A stretch of DNA of 61,894 nucleotides from the NCBI GenBank assembly GCA_046733135.1, contig JBKPON010000013.1:1-61894 (forward strand), in the 5' to 3' direction. The DNA comes from Pseudomonadota bacterium (GTDB lineage: Bacteria; Pseudomonadota; Alphaproteobacteria; Sphingomonadales; Sphingomonadaceae). Under the pieces are notes generated by a model, which was not told where the DNA came from, searched no databases, and saw only the letters and a list, made by a program, of their open reading frames with translations. The position numbers were made by a program, and so were the translations under genes. Positions 1 to 8,647 of the stretch are shown in pieces (positions within the stretch are counted from its first letter, which is position 1; each line of letters begins with the position of its first letter).

Positions 1-777
1 CACAATCGTCTGGGCGAAGATCAGCTCATGATGCCAATGGACGTAACCGTCCCCGAGGTGGCTGACAGGTTCTCCGAGGCGAAGCTCCACACCAAGCTCG
101 TCGAGCGATTTCTCGGCGGCTAGAGAGAGTTCCGGTGGAAAGCTCGGAAGAATGCGTTCCCCGGCCTCGATCAGGACAATCCGCGAGCAGCGCGGCGTGA
201 TTGTGCGGAAGTCGCGCGACACGGATCGTCGCGCCAGCTCGGCGATCGCACCCGCCATCTCAACGCCGGTCGGGCCAGCGCCGATGATCACGAAGGTTAG
301 CAGCGCCTGCCGTCGACGGGGGTCACTCTCGGTCTCCGCGCGCTCAAGCGCGAGCAGCATCTCGCGGCGGATCGCGAGCGCGTCCTCTATTGACTTGAGA
401 CCCGGCGCGTTTGGCGCCCAGTCGTCGCGCCCGAAATAGCTGTGCCGCGCGCCGGTTGCGAGGATCAGCCAATCGTATGAAAGCACATTGCCGCCCGCGA
501 AGCGCACGGTCTGGTTGGCGGGGTCCACTCCGCAGACCTCTTCGAGGAGAACCCGGACATTGGGCGCGTTCGAAAAGATGGAACGGATCGGCCCGGCGAT
601 GTCCGCCGGCGAGATAGCCGCGGTCGCGACCTGATACAGCAACGGCTGGAACAGGTGGTGATTGCGCCGGTCGACCAAAGTCACGTCGACGGCTCCGCTG
701 GCCAGCCGCTTAGCCGCGGCCAACCCGCCGAAGCCGGCGCCAACGATAACGACATGAGGGCGATTGCTTGCGGGCAT
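1..777 (-). CDS. ndh: Type II NADH dehydrogenase-like FAD/NAD(P) oxidoreductase (3' end runs off the window)
   Basis: Absent from the ORF track. Manual translation from ATG 777 gives MPASNRPHVVIVGAGFGG, a second Rossmann motif FVIIGAGPTGVEMAGAIAEL, and ...IFAQTIV at the window edge. Confidence 0.85.
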   Translation of the reverse strand, partial: MPASNRPHVVIVGAGFGGLAAAKRLASGAVDVTLVDRRNHHLFQPLLYQVATAAISPADIAGPIRSIFSNAPNVRVLLEEVCGVDPANQTVRFAGGNVLSYDWLILATGARHSYFGRDDWAPNAPGLKSIEDALAIRREMLLALERAETESDPRRRQALLTFVIIGAGPTGVEMAGAIAELARRSVSRDFRTITPRCSRIVLIEAGERILPSFPPELSLAAEKSLDELGVELRLGEPVSHLGDGYVHWHHELIFAQTIV

Positions 778-789
778 CACGGGCAGCGC

Positions 790-1614
790 TCAGTGCGCGG
801 TCCAGCCGCCGTCGACCGGCAGCGCGGTGCCGGTGATCGAGCGCCCGCCAGGACCGCACAGGAAGAGGGTCAGCGCGCCCAGTTCCTCGACCTCGGCGAA
901 GCGCTTGTTCGGCTGGGCCGCAAGCAGCACGTCGCGGATGACTTCTTCGCGGGTGATGCCCCGCGCCTTGGCCGTGTCGTCGATCTGGTTTTCGACCAAC
1001 GGTGTCCAGACGTAACCGGGGCAGATTGCGTTGCAGGTGATGTTGTGTTCGGCGCCTTCGAGCGCGACTGTCTTGGTCAGGCCGAGGATGCCGTGCTTGG
1101 CCGCGACGTAGGCGCTCTTGAACGGCGAGGCGACCAGGGCGTGTGCAGACGCGACGTTGATGATCCGGCCAAAGCCGTTCTTCTTCATCGCCGGAAACGC
1201 GGCACGCGTCGTGTACCAGGCGGCCGAGAGATTGAGGGCGATGATCGCCTCGTATTTTTCCGGCGGGAATGACTCGATCGGACTGACGTGTTGGATGCCG
1301 GCATTGTTCACCAGGATGTCGACTCGGCCGAATCCGGCGACTGTCTGCTCCACCAGGCTTGCGGCTTCCTCGCCTTTCATCAGGTTGGCGCCGTTGTAGA
1401 CGATGCGGCTTAGCGGATGGTCGCCTTCCAGCTCGGCGAGGACGCCCTCGATCTCGTTCGGCTCGCCGAGCCCGTTGATCACGACGTCGGCGCCCGCCTG
1501 GAGGAGAGCGCGCGCGATGCCGAGCCCGATGCCGCTCGTCGAGCCGGTAACGACCGCCACCTTATCCGCGAGGGGCAGCGCGACATCCGTATGTTCCTGG
1601 ACCTGCATGTCCAT
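790..1614 (-). CDS. bdhA: 3-hydroxybutyrate dehydrogenase (SDR)
   Basis: TGSTSGIG, NNAGIQHV, ASPFKSAYVAAKHG, ICPGYVWTPLV, DGGWTA motifs; start moved to ATG 1614 (AGGAG upstream). Confidence 0.9.
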   Translation of the reverse strand: MDMQVQEHTDVALPLADKVAVVTGSTSGIGLGIARALLQAGADVVINGLGEPNEIEGVLAELEGDHPLSRIVYNGANLMKGEEAASLVEQTVAGFGRVDILVNNAGIQHVSPIESFPPEKYEAIIALNLSAAWYTTRAAFPAMKKNGFGRIINVASAHALVASPFKSAYVAAKHGILGLTKTVALEGAEHNITCNAICPGYVWTPLVENQIDDTAKARGITREEVIRDVLLAAQPNKRFAEVEELGALTLFLCGPGGRSITGTALPVDGGWTAH

Positions 1615-1670
1615 CTTCACGCTCCTGTTGAGTGAGCGCTTAGGATGCGGATCGCGTGGCTCGCCGTGAA

Positions 1671-1707
1671 ATGCGTTTCGTGCATGAAGTCGATGCGGCC
1701 TTGCGAT
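1671..1707 (+). promoter_or_regulatory. LysR-type operator ATGC-N7-GCAT-N7-ATGC-N7-CGAT upstream of the cupin operon
   Basis: Four tetramers at N7 spacing containing T-N11-A; followed directly by TTCCCC-N17-CATTTT (1708-1736); same pattern at 4945-4981. Confidence 0.7.
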
Positions 1708-1857
1708 TTCCCCGCCGGGACCGGCTCGTTCATTTTGATGGGGCGTCGCGATGGCCGGCTCCTCAGCCGATGGCGCACGGGAAGACAGAGGACATCCCTC
1801 GCATCCTGCAGTCCGGCCACTCGCGGCGCCCAGATTCATCAATTCAAGGAGACGGTA

Positions 1858-2307
1858 ATGTTCAACCTGAAGACCAAAATCGCGACGGCCGTCATTGCCG
1901 TTGCGGCCGCGGGTAGTTTCGCGAGCCCGGCCATCGCTGGCCAGTGCGCAACTCCCGGCACCAATGCGCTTGCCAATGCTCCGATGATGCCGAAGGGCGT
2001 CACGGACACGGTGATCGGCTCGATCGATCTCGCCCCTGAAATCAACGTGGATGGCCGGCAGCTGCGCACGCGCCGCCTGGTGGTTCAGCCCGGCGGGATT
2101 GTCCCTCTGCACAGCCACAAGGACCGTCCCGCGCTGATCTACACGTTGAGCGGCGCGATCACTGAATACAGCACTACCTGCAGCGTGCCGATCGAGCACA
2201 AGGCCGGCGACATCAGCCGCGAAGCCGATGGCCTTAGCCATTATTGGGTCAATCACGGCAAAGTGCCGGCCGTGCTGCTTTCGTCGGACGTGTTCCACGG
2301 AAACTGA
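1858..2307 (+). CDS. Secreted cupin-domain protein
   Basis: AAGGAG RBS; signal peptide ending ASPAIA; cupin motifs PLHSHKDRP and EADGLSHYWVN; two Cys. Confidence 0.8.
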   Translation: MFNLKTKIATAVIAVAAAGSFASPAIAGQCATPGTNALANAPMMPKGVTDTVIGSIDLAPEINVDGRQLRTRRLVVQPGGIVPLHSHKDRPALIYTLSGAITEYSTTCSVPIEHKAGDISREADGLSHYWVNHGKVPAVLLSSDVFHGN

Positions 2308-2349
2308 GTTCCCCGCGCCGGCGCCCAGCTCCCCTTCGCCGGCCACCCA

Positions 2350-2380
2350 GGCGTCCCGTCTCGACCCCGGACGGGACGCC
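2350..2380 (+). terminator. Intra-operon GC-rich hairpin (stabiliser or attenuator)
   Basis: Perfect 11-bp stem GGCGTCCCGTC/GACGGGACGCC, no U-tract. Confidence 0.45.
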
Positions 2381-2402
2381 GCCCCTTCTCGACGGAGTGA
2401 TC

Positions 2403-3599
2403 ATGCCAGACTTCGCCCAGCCCGTGATCGCGGCACGCCCGCCAGGTCTGACGCTGCAGCGTTCGGTGCTTATCGCGGTGATCGGGTTTCTGACGCTCGT
2501 CGATCTATTCGCGACCCAGGCCATCCTGCCCAGCCTTGCGACCCATTATGAGGTGACGCCGGCGCAGATCGGTCTTGCTGCCAATGCGAGCACGCTGGGA
2601 ATGGCGGTGTCGGGCCTGCTGTTCGGTGCCTTCAGCGGCGCCATGGAACGCAAGCGAGCGATTAGCCTGTGCCTCCTGCTCCTCTCCCTTCCTACGGCAT
2701 CGCTCGCCTTCGCGCCGAACCTCACCGTTTTCGCCCTTCTTCGAGTGACGCAGGGCCTTTTCATGGCCGGCGCCTTCACGTTGACCCTGACTCATCTCGC
2801 GGAACGCTGTGAAGTCCGCACGGCCCATGCTCTTGCGGCCTATGTGACCGGCGTTGTCGCAAGCAATTTGATTGGCAGGCTCACCGCGGCGTTAGTGGCA
2901 AGCGTCGTCGGCGCGGAGCAGAGCTTCTTGTTCTTCGCGCTGCTCAACCTTGCAGGTGCCGGCCTGGTCAGTGCTGCGCTTCACCGCAACGCTCCTGAGC
3001 CGAGAGATGGATCCGCGCGCTTTTGGGCGGCCTGGCTTCATCATCTCGGTGATCCGGCGCTGCGCCGCACTTTCGCTATCGGCTTTCTCATTCTGTTCGG
3101 CTTCATCGGGGTCTTCACCTATGTCGGGTTCGTCCTGATGAGGCCGCCGCACGCGCTTTCAATGGCCGCACTAGGTCTCGTGTTCCTCGTGTTCGCCCCG
3201 TCGATGGTTACGACTCCATTGGCAGGTGCGATCACGAGGAACACCGGTCCGGGGCCAGCCACGGCTCTGAGCCTCGCCATTGCGCTCCTCGGCCTGGTGC
3301 TTCTGCTGATCCCCAGCCTGATCTCGGTAATCGTCGGTATGACCCTCGTCGGTGTCGGTACCTTCTTTGCTCAGGCCGTCGCGACAGGACACGTTGGCCG
3401 CCTCGCCAAGGGAGACAAGGCCGCGGCGAGCGGGCTCTATCTGTCCTCATATTATTGCGGCGGCCTTGCCGGCGCAGCCGGCATCGGTTTGCTCTTCGAC
3501 CATTACGGCTGGTCGGCAGCCGTCGCCGGCGTATTCGTTGCATTAGCGTTTGCAGCCATCCTCGGACTGGGCCTGCGTCAAAGGAGTAACAATGAGTGA
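2403..3599 (+). CDS. MFS transporter (YnfM-like)
   Basis: About 12 hydrophobic segments; TQAILPSLA, LRVTQG, ASGLYLSSYYCGG; ATG 2403 after GGAG. Confidence 0.85.
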   Translation: MPDFAQPVIAARPPGLTLQRSVLIAVIGFLTLVDLFATQAILPSLATHYEVTPAQIGLAANASTLGMAVSGLLFGAFSGAMERKRAISLCLLLLSLPTASLAFAPNLTVFALLRVTQGLFMAGAFTLTLTHLAERCEVRTAHALAAYVTGVVASNLIGRLTAALVASVVGAEQSFLFFALLNLAGAGLVSAALHRNAPEPRDGSARFWAAWLHHLGDPALRRTFAIGFLILFGFIGVFTYVGFVLMRPPHALSMAALGLVFLVFAPSMVTTPLAGAITRNTGPGPATALSLAIALLGLVLLLIPSLISVIVGMTLVGVGTFFAQAVATGHVGRLAKGDKAAASGLYLSSYYCGGLAGAAGIGLLFDHYGWSAAVAGVFVALAFAAILGLGLRQRSNNE

Positions 3600-3987
3600 C
3601 CGTTATCGCCGCGGCATCGACATCGCGGAACATCTCGCCGCCGACAAGGTAGCTCATTTCGTCGAGAGCGGAGTCGCAGAGGTCGCGCCCGACTTCGCGC
3701 GAATGGTGATCGAATTTGCGTTCGGTGACATCTATGCGAGGGATGGGCTCGACCTCAAAAGTCGCGAGCTGATTGCGATCGCGGTCCTCGCTGCGAGCGG
3801 CAAGGCGGGGCCCCAGTTGCGGCTTCATGTCCAATCAGCCGCGAGCAGCGGAATCGGCAAAGCCGAGGTCGTCGAGGTCCTGATGCAGATCGCGCTCTAC
3901 TCGGGTTTTCCGACGGCGCTGAACGCCCTAGCCGACTGCCACGACCTCCTGACGGAAGACAATTGTGTCACCGCCCGGTGCGGGTAG
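3592..3987 (+). CDS. Carboxymuconolactone decarboxylase (CMD/AhpD-like) family protein
   Basis: EFAFGDIYARDGLDLKSREL and YSGFP signatures; AAGGAG RBS; overlaps the MFS stop. Confidence 0.85.
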   Translation: MSDRYRRGIDIAEHLAADKVAHFVESGVAEVAPDFARMVIEFAFGDIYARDGLDLKSRELIAIAVLAASGKAGPQLRLHVQSAASSGIGKAEVVEVLMQIALYSGFPTALNALADCHDLLTEDNCVTARCG

Positions 3988-4869
3988 ATTTGTTGTCGGC
4001 CACGAATATCGCCGCGCTTCCTGCACGAACGCTCCCACTGCGGGCGAATGAGGCCGCCCGCGGACTGTCGCAAGATAGACTGTCCGGTGAAAGCTGGGGT
4101 CTACCAAGGGGCGCACCGCAAGGTCCGGATCGGTGACGCTGAACTCGGGGAAGAAGCCCAGTCCCAATCCCGCCTTGATCATGCCCTGGACCCAATCGTC
4201 GCGGGGCGAGCTGAACACCTGGCGAAGAAACACGCCTCGGCTGTTGAGTTCCTTGCGTACCGGCTCGAACACTTCGCAATTCGAGCGGCTGACGTAGGGC
4301 TCCTTGTCGAGCACCGTCGCGGGTATCTCATCGAGGGCCCCGAGGCGGTGGTTCGGCGGCAAGACGATGACGAAGCGTTCTTCGAAAATCGGCAGCTGGT
4401 GGAGCGAGTCCGGCAGCTCTCCCGGAATGCCGACGATGGCAACCTCGAGCTCTCCTTTTTCAAGCATTTCGATCATCTGCGGCGCGCCGGCATCGATGAA
4501 TTGCACCTCGACTGCGGGATGTTGCGCACGAAAACGCACCAGCAGGTCGGATACGAGCTGTGGGCCGATCGTGCACATAGTCCCGATCGTGAGCGTCGCA
4601 CGCTCCAGTTTCTTCACGGCACGCGCCTGATCGCGCGCCGCACGGCAGCTCTCCTCGACGGTTTGCAGATAGGGCAGCATCATCCGCCCGAGCTCGGAGA
4701 GATGTGTGTTGCCTCGCTCGCGATGGAATAAAGGTCCGCCCAGCTCGTGCTCCAGCTGCTGGATCGCGCGGGTGAGCGCGGGCTGGCTGACGTTGCATTG
4801 CTCCGCGGCGCGGGTGAAGTTCAGCGTACCCGCCAACGCGACGAAATAGCGGACCTGCTGCATTTCCAT
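3928..4869 (-). CDS. LysR family transcriptional regulator
   Basis: HTH LNFTRAAEQCNVSQPALTRAIQQLE plus substrate-binding domain; start MEMQQVRYF. Confidence 0.93.
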   Translation of the reverse strand: MEMQQVRYFVALAGTLNFTRAAEQCNVSQPALTRAIQQLEHELGGPLFHRERGNTHLSELGRMMLPYLQTVEESCRAARDQARAVKKLERATLTIGTMCTIGPQLVSDLLVRFRAQHPAVEVQFIDAGAPQMIEMLEKGELEVAIVGIPGELPDSLHQLPIFEERFVIVLPPNHRLGALDEIPATVLDKEPYVSRSNCEVFEPVRKELNSRGVFLRQVFSSPRDDWVQGMIKAGLGLGFFPEFSVTDPDLAVRPLVDPSFHRTVYLATVRGRPHSPAVGAFVQEARRYSWPTTNLPAPGGDTIVFRQEVVAVG

Positions 4870-4944
4870 GGGTGCATCCCCCGATGGCCCATTGCGCCTT
4901 GCTTCCAATTACACGCTCCGAACGGAACCCGCCAGCGAACGGCG

Positions 4945-5010
4945 ATACCGGTCGCGCATCGATCCCATGCGCTCTTGGTCTGTGACTTGGTGCGGGCGCC
5001 GCCGGATAAT
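4945..5010 (+). promoter_or_regulatory. LysR-type operator ATAC-N7-GCAT-N7-ATGC-N7-GTCT plus sigma70-like promoter GTGACT-N17-GATAAT for the bufferin cluster
   Basis: Operator 4945-4981, -35 at 4982-4987, -10 at 5005-5010; geometry identical to 1671-1736. Confidence 0.65.
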
Positions 5011-5057
5011 CGCGTCCGGCCCAAACGGCCTCATCCAATTCAAGGAGAGTTCTCGCA

Positions 5058-5333
5058 ATGAAGATCAGGAACATCGCCATCGCCGGAGCCGCGGCGGCTG
5101 TCGTTTCGACCGCCTCAATCGCGTCGCCAGTCAAGCCCCAGCCGAACAAGGACAAGTGCTTCGGCATTTCGCTTGCCGGCAGGAACGACTGCGCGGCGGG
5201 CGCCGGCACGACCTGCGCCGGCACTTCCAGGCGCGACTACCAGGGCAATGCCTGGAAATATGTCGCCAAGGGCACCTGCACGGCGATCAAAACGCCCAAG
5301 GGCAATGGTTCACTCACTCCGAAAAAGGGCTGA
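5058..5333 (+). CDS. Bufferin-type RiPP precursor (DUF2282 / BufA1 family)
   Basis: Signal peptide plus four-Cys pattern [38 protein letters not shown]; directly upstream of DUF692. Confidence 0.9.
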   Translation: MKIRNIAIAGAAAAVVSTASIASPVKPQPNKDKCFGISLAGRNDCAAGAGTTCAGTSRRDYQGNAWKYVAKGTCTAIKTPKGNGSLTPKKG

Positions 5334-5336
5334 ACC

Positions 5337-6164
5337 ATGACTCCCGCTGCCGGTGTCGGCTTCAAGGCCGAGCATTATGCAGAGGCGCTCGCCGCGCCGG
5401 CGGCGGACCTCTGGTTCGAAGTTCATTCTGAAAACTATATGGTCGCGGGCGGGCCGCGCTTGGCGATGCTGGAAGCGGTCCGACGAGAGCGGCTTGTGTC
5501 CTTGCACGGCGTCGGAATGTCCCTCGCTGGCCAAGCCGAACCGGATCCCGACCACCTCGCCGCGCTGAAACGGTTGGTCGACCGGTTCGAGCCCGCGCTT
5601 GTTTCCGAGCATCTGGCATGGTCACGCCTGGACGGGCGCTGCTTCCCCGATCTGCTCCCAGTGCCGCGCACGAATGAAGTGCTCGCGCGCTGCGCGGATA
5701 ACATCGGCCGCCTGCAGGATGCGCTCGGGCGCCGGATCCTGATTGAGAATCCGAGCCACTATCTGGCTCTTCGCGATCACCAGTGGAGCGAAACGAGTTT
5801 CCTTTCCGAGCTCGCCCGCCGCAGCGGCTGTGGGCTGCTGATCGACGTCAACAACGTCGCGGTCGGAGCGCACAATCTTGGCTATGATCCATTCGCCTGG
5901 TTGGAGACGATTTCCGCCGATTACGTCGGAGAGATCCACCTTGCCGGCCATTCACTGGACGCCGAGGGCACGCTTCTCATTGATAGTCACGATGAACCGA
6001 TCAGCGACGACGTCTGGAGCCTCTACGAGGCGCTGACTGCACGCATTGGTCCGCGGCCAACATTGATCGAGCGTGACGGCAACCTGCCGCCGTTCGCGGA
6101 ACTGATGCGCGAGCGCGAACGCGCACAGGGCCTTCTCCTCGGGGAGTTCGCCCTTGCTGCCTGA
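5337..6164 (+). CDS. DUF692 multinuclear non-heme iron oxidative enzyme (MNIO, BufB-like)
   Basis: FEVHSENYM, LHGVGMSL, SEHLAW, IENP, DVNN, EIHLAGH, DSH, IERD motifs. Confidence 0.93.
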   Translation: MTPAAGVGFKAEHYAEALAAPAADLWFEVHSENYMVAGGPRLAMLEAVRRERLVSLHGVGMSLAGQAEPDPDHLAALKRLVDRFEPALVSEHLAWSRLDGRCFPDLLPVPRTNEVLARCADNIGRLQDALGRRILIENPSHYLALRDHQWSETSFLSELARRSGCGLLIDVNNVAVGAHNLGYDPFAWLETISADYVGEIHLAGHSLDAEGTLLIDSHDEPISDDVWSLYEALTARIGPRPTLIERDGNLPPFAELMRERERAQGLLLGEFALAA

Positions 6165-6882
6165 ACTCCTCGCATTTCAGCGCGATTTTGTTGCCGCGCT
6201 CGATCATCCCGCGACTGGTGCGATGTCGGTCTATCGCAACACGGTCCTTCGCGGCGCCGTCGAGGCACTGCGCGCAAACTACCGCGTCGTCGAGCAGATT
6301 GTAGGCCACGAAATGTTCGAGGCGGTCGCGGTGGACTATGCGACCGAATGTCCGCCGCGGCAACCGGTGCTGGCGCTCTACGGTGCTCGTTTTGCCGAGT
6401 GGCTTGAGGGTCAGCAATGGGTTCGAGAACTTCCTTATCTCCCCGACGTTGCACGGGTCGAGCGCCTGTGCATCGAGAGTCTGATGGCCGCAGACGCCGA
6501 AGCGCTCTCGGCCGCGGATTTTGCCGGACGGAACATTGCGCGCCATGCGTTGAAGCTGCATCCGGCTCTTCGATTTACCTGGCTTCCGACGCCGGCGATG
6601 AGCATCTGGCTTGCACACCAACGGCCTGTTTCGTCCGAGCTGAAAGTCGACTGGAAGGCGGAAGGCGCCCTGTTCGCGCGGCCGAGCCCCAATATCATTC
6701 ATTCGCCGCGCATCGGCCCCGCCGCCCACCGGCTGCTGTACGGCATCCGTATCGGCGAAAGTATCGACAGTTCATTGGCGGCGGCCGCCAAGCTTTACCC
6801 TGACGCGGACTGCGAAGCTTTGTTCACATCGCTCCTCAACCTCGGCGCATTCGTCGCCACTTCCAAAAGGACTCCATCATGA
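6154..6882 (+). CDS. DUF2063 partner protein (BufC/HvfC-like)
   Basis: [36 protein letters not shown]; overlaps the DUF692 stop. Confidence 0.85.
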   Translation: MLPELLAFQRDFVAALDHPATGAMSVYRNTVLRGAVEALRANYRVVEQIVGHEMFEAVAVDYATECPPRQPVLALYGARFAEWLEGQQWVRELPYLPDVARVERLCIESLMAADAEALSAADFAGRNIARHALKLHPALRFTWLPTPAMSIWLAHQRPVSSELKVDWKAEGALFARPSPNIIHSPRIGPAAHRLLYGIRIGESIDSSLAAAAKLYPDADCEALFTSLLNLGAFVATSKRTPS

Positions 6883-7337
6883 GCAGGCAAGCTGCCGCGC
6901 CTATTTGGCGCGCTCCGTTTGAGTTCATCGCGACGAGCGCTCGCACGTTGCTGCCTTCGTCGCTCCTCCTTCTCGTGCAACGGCTCGGAATCGCGGCTGT
7001 GTTCTTCATGTCCGGCCGAACCAAGGTCGACGGTCTGCTCACCGTCAATGATTCCGCGTTCGAGCTCTTCCGCTCAGAATATGCGCTGCCACTGGTGAAG
7101 CCGGAGATCGCTGCCTACGCCGCCACCTACAGCGAGCATCTGTTTCCGCTGCTCCTCGTCCTTGGCCTTTTCACAAGGTTCGCCGCCTCGGCGCTCCTGA
7201 TTATGACCTTGATCATCGAGATTTTCGTCTATCCGGACGCTTGGCCGACGCACTTGAGCTGGGCTGGTCTTCTCCTCCCGCTTATCGCGCTCGGCGGCGG
7301 CAAGCTCTCGCTGGACCGGTTGTTGCGGATTCCCTGA
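6879..7337 (+). CDS. DoxX family membrane protein (BufD-like)
   Basis: [46 protein letters not shown]; ATGA coupling. Confidence 0.9.
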   Translation: MSRQAAAPIWRAPFEFIATSARTLLPSSLLLLVQRLGIAAVFFMSGRTKVDGLLTVNDSAFELFRSEYALPLVKPEIAAYAATYSEHLFPLLLVLGLFTRFAASALLIMTLIIEIFVYPDAWPTHLSWAGLLLPLIALGGGKLSLDRLLRIP

Positions 7338-7530
7338 GGTTGGGCCGTTGCACCGGGACTCAACCTTGTAAGCGTCTTCGCCACACGGATCCCGATCGAG
7401 TCATCCACGGCAGTTGGACCGTAACGGATGCGCTCCGCAGATCGAAGTTGTCATGGCTGCGTCCCCCAGGAGCCACCTCTGACGATCCGCTTGTCGCAGT
7501 CGCCGCCTTCCGAAGTTGCAGACATTTCCC

Positions 7531-7560
7531 GAGGTCCGCTTACTGACCGTTGCGAACATT
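7531..7560 (+). repeat. 12-6-12 imperfect palindrome, copy 1 (degenerate extra copy at about 7501-7526)
   Basis: GAG GTCCGC TTA CTGACC GTT GCGAAC ATT. Confidence 0.65.
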
Positions 7561-7639
7561 GGCTCGACCGACGGCGGCAATCGTCGTAAGTCGGCGAATT
7601 GGCGAAGATCGGTCGCCGCCAACTTGATACTAAATTAGA

Positions 7640-8437
7640 ATGCAGCTGAAATGTCTTATCCGGGCGTGGTTCTCACGCTTTGCCGTGTCCGCTGCCGAGC
7701 GCCCGATATTCATATTCGGATCAGCCTACCGGTGCGGGAGCACACTTCTGCAGCGCTATTTGAACTCGTCTGGATGTGTCTTCATTTGGGGCGAAAACGA
7801 CGGGCTGGCAGAGCGGATCATCGAAACAATCACGTTCTCACAAGAGTGGGTCGAAACATCTGACCGCCAAGAACGGGCTTTCAAATCAAAGAGACATTTG
7901 GCGTGGATTGCGAACTTGAACCCCAGGGTCAACAAGTCGAAATTCCTCAAAGCGGCGCTTCTGGCGTATTACCCAAATACTTCTCCGAATGGTGCCGCGC
8001 GCTGGGGGTTTAAGGAGGTCAGACATACCGGCGCTGTCGCTGACTTGTTGTTAGGAGCATTTCCACACGGACGCGTGTTGTTTTTGGTGCGGGGTCTTGA
8101 GGACGTGCTTGCGTCAAATGCTGGGACAGATTGGTACGCGGCCGTGGGTGGAGCAGAGGGTGTGAAACTGCTGTGGCTGAAGACCGTTCGATCCTTCTTG
8201 TCATTCGATGACCCGCGCTCAATGCTCATCCGCCTTGAATCCCTCGCTTCTCGAAACGAAACTTGCCTCAACCAATTGGCGCATTTTCTGGACATCCCAC
8301 GTGGTTGCTTCGACGATCGCGTGCTCGAGATGATCGTGCGCGGTTCAAGTGGGTCGCCCAAACTCGCCGCGCCCGAGCGACGGGCGTTGGCTGATCCGCA
8401 GATCGCGCAAGTTGCAGCTATGCTTCCGGATTGGTGA
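7640..8437 (+). CDS. Sulfotransferase family protein
   Basis: PAPS loop IFIFGSAYRCGSTLL, WGEN, RWGFKEVR, FLVR..EDV.AS; more AT-rich codon use than neighbours; start uncertain. Confidence 0.75.
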   Translation: MQLKCLIRAWFSRFAVSAAERPIFIFGSAYRCGSTLLQRYLNSSGCVFIWGENDGLAERIIETITFSQEWVETSDRQERAFKSKRHLAWIANLNPRVNKSKFLKAALLAYYPNTSPNGAARWGFKEVRHTGAVADLLLGAFPHGRVLFLVRGLEDVLASNAGTDWYAAVGGAEGVKLLWLKTVRSFLSFDDPRSMLIRLESLASRNETCLNQLAHFLDIPRGCFDDRVLEMIVRGSSGSPKLAAPERRALADPQIAQVAAMLPDW

Positions 8438-8647
8438 TGTTGCACGCCTGAAGGTTGCGAAGCGAGTCGCCTCGCAAATGCATCTTCATCGATCATGTGA
8501 GCGAGGCTGCGATCATGCTCCCACCGCCTCCCCGAAAAGGCGGGGTGTCGACACGAGATACCACCGCCAATCCAGCAACCGCAGTATTCGGCTCCAAGGA
8601 ATTCATGCTAAACGGCCACCCGATCGGTTATCGACGAGGCTATCCGG

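Noticed and set aside
790-2346. 518-aa form of the SDR ORF, and similar long N-terminal extensions (32504, 53004-55436, 13238, 26797)
   Set aside because: The extensions overlap real genes; internal starts with an RBS or coupling give family-typical lengths
4981-5008. SigF-type promoter (GTAACC-N16-CGAA) for the bufferin cluster
   Set aside because: Best match GTGACT-N15-CGGA has several mismatches; a sigma70-like reading fits better
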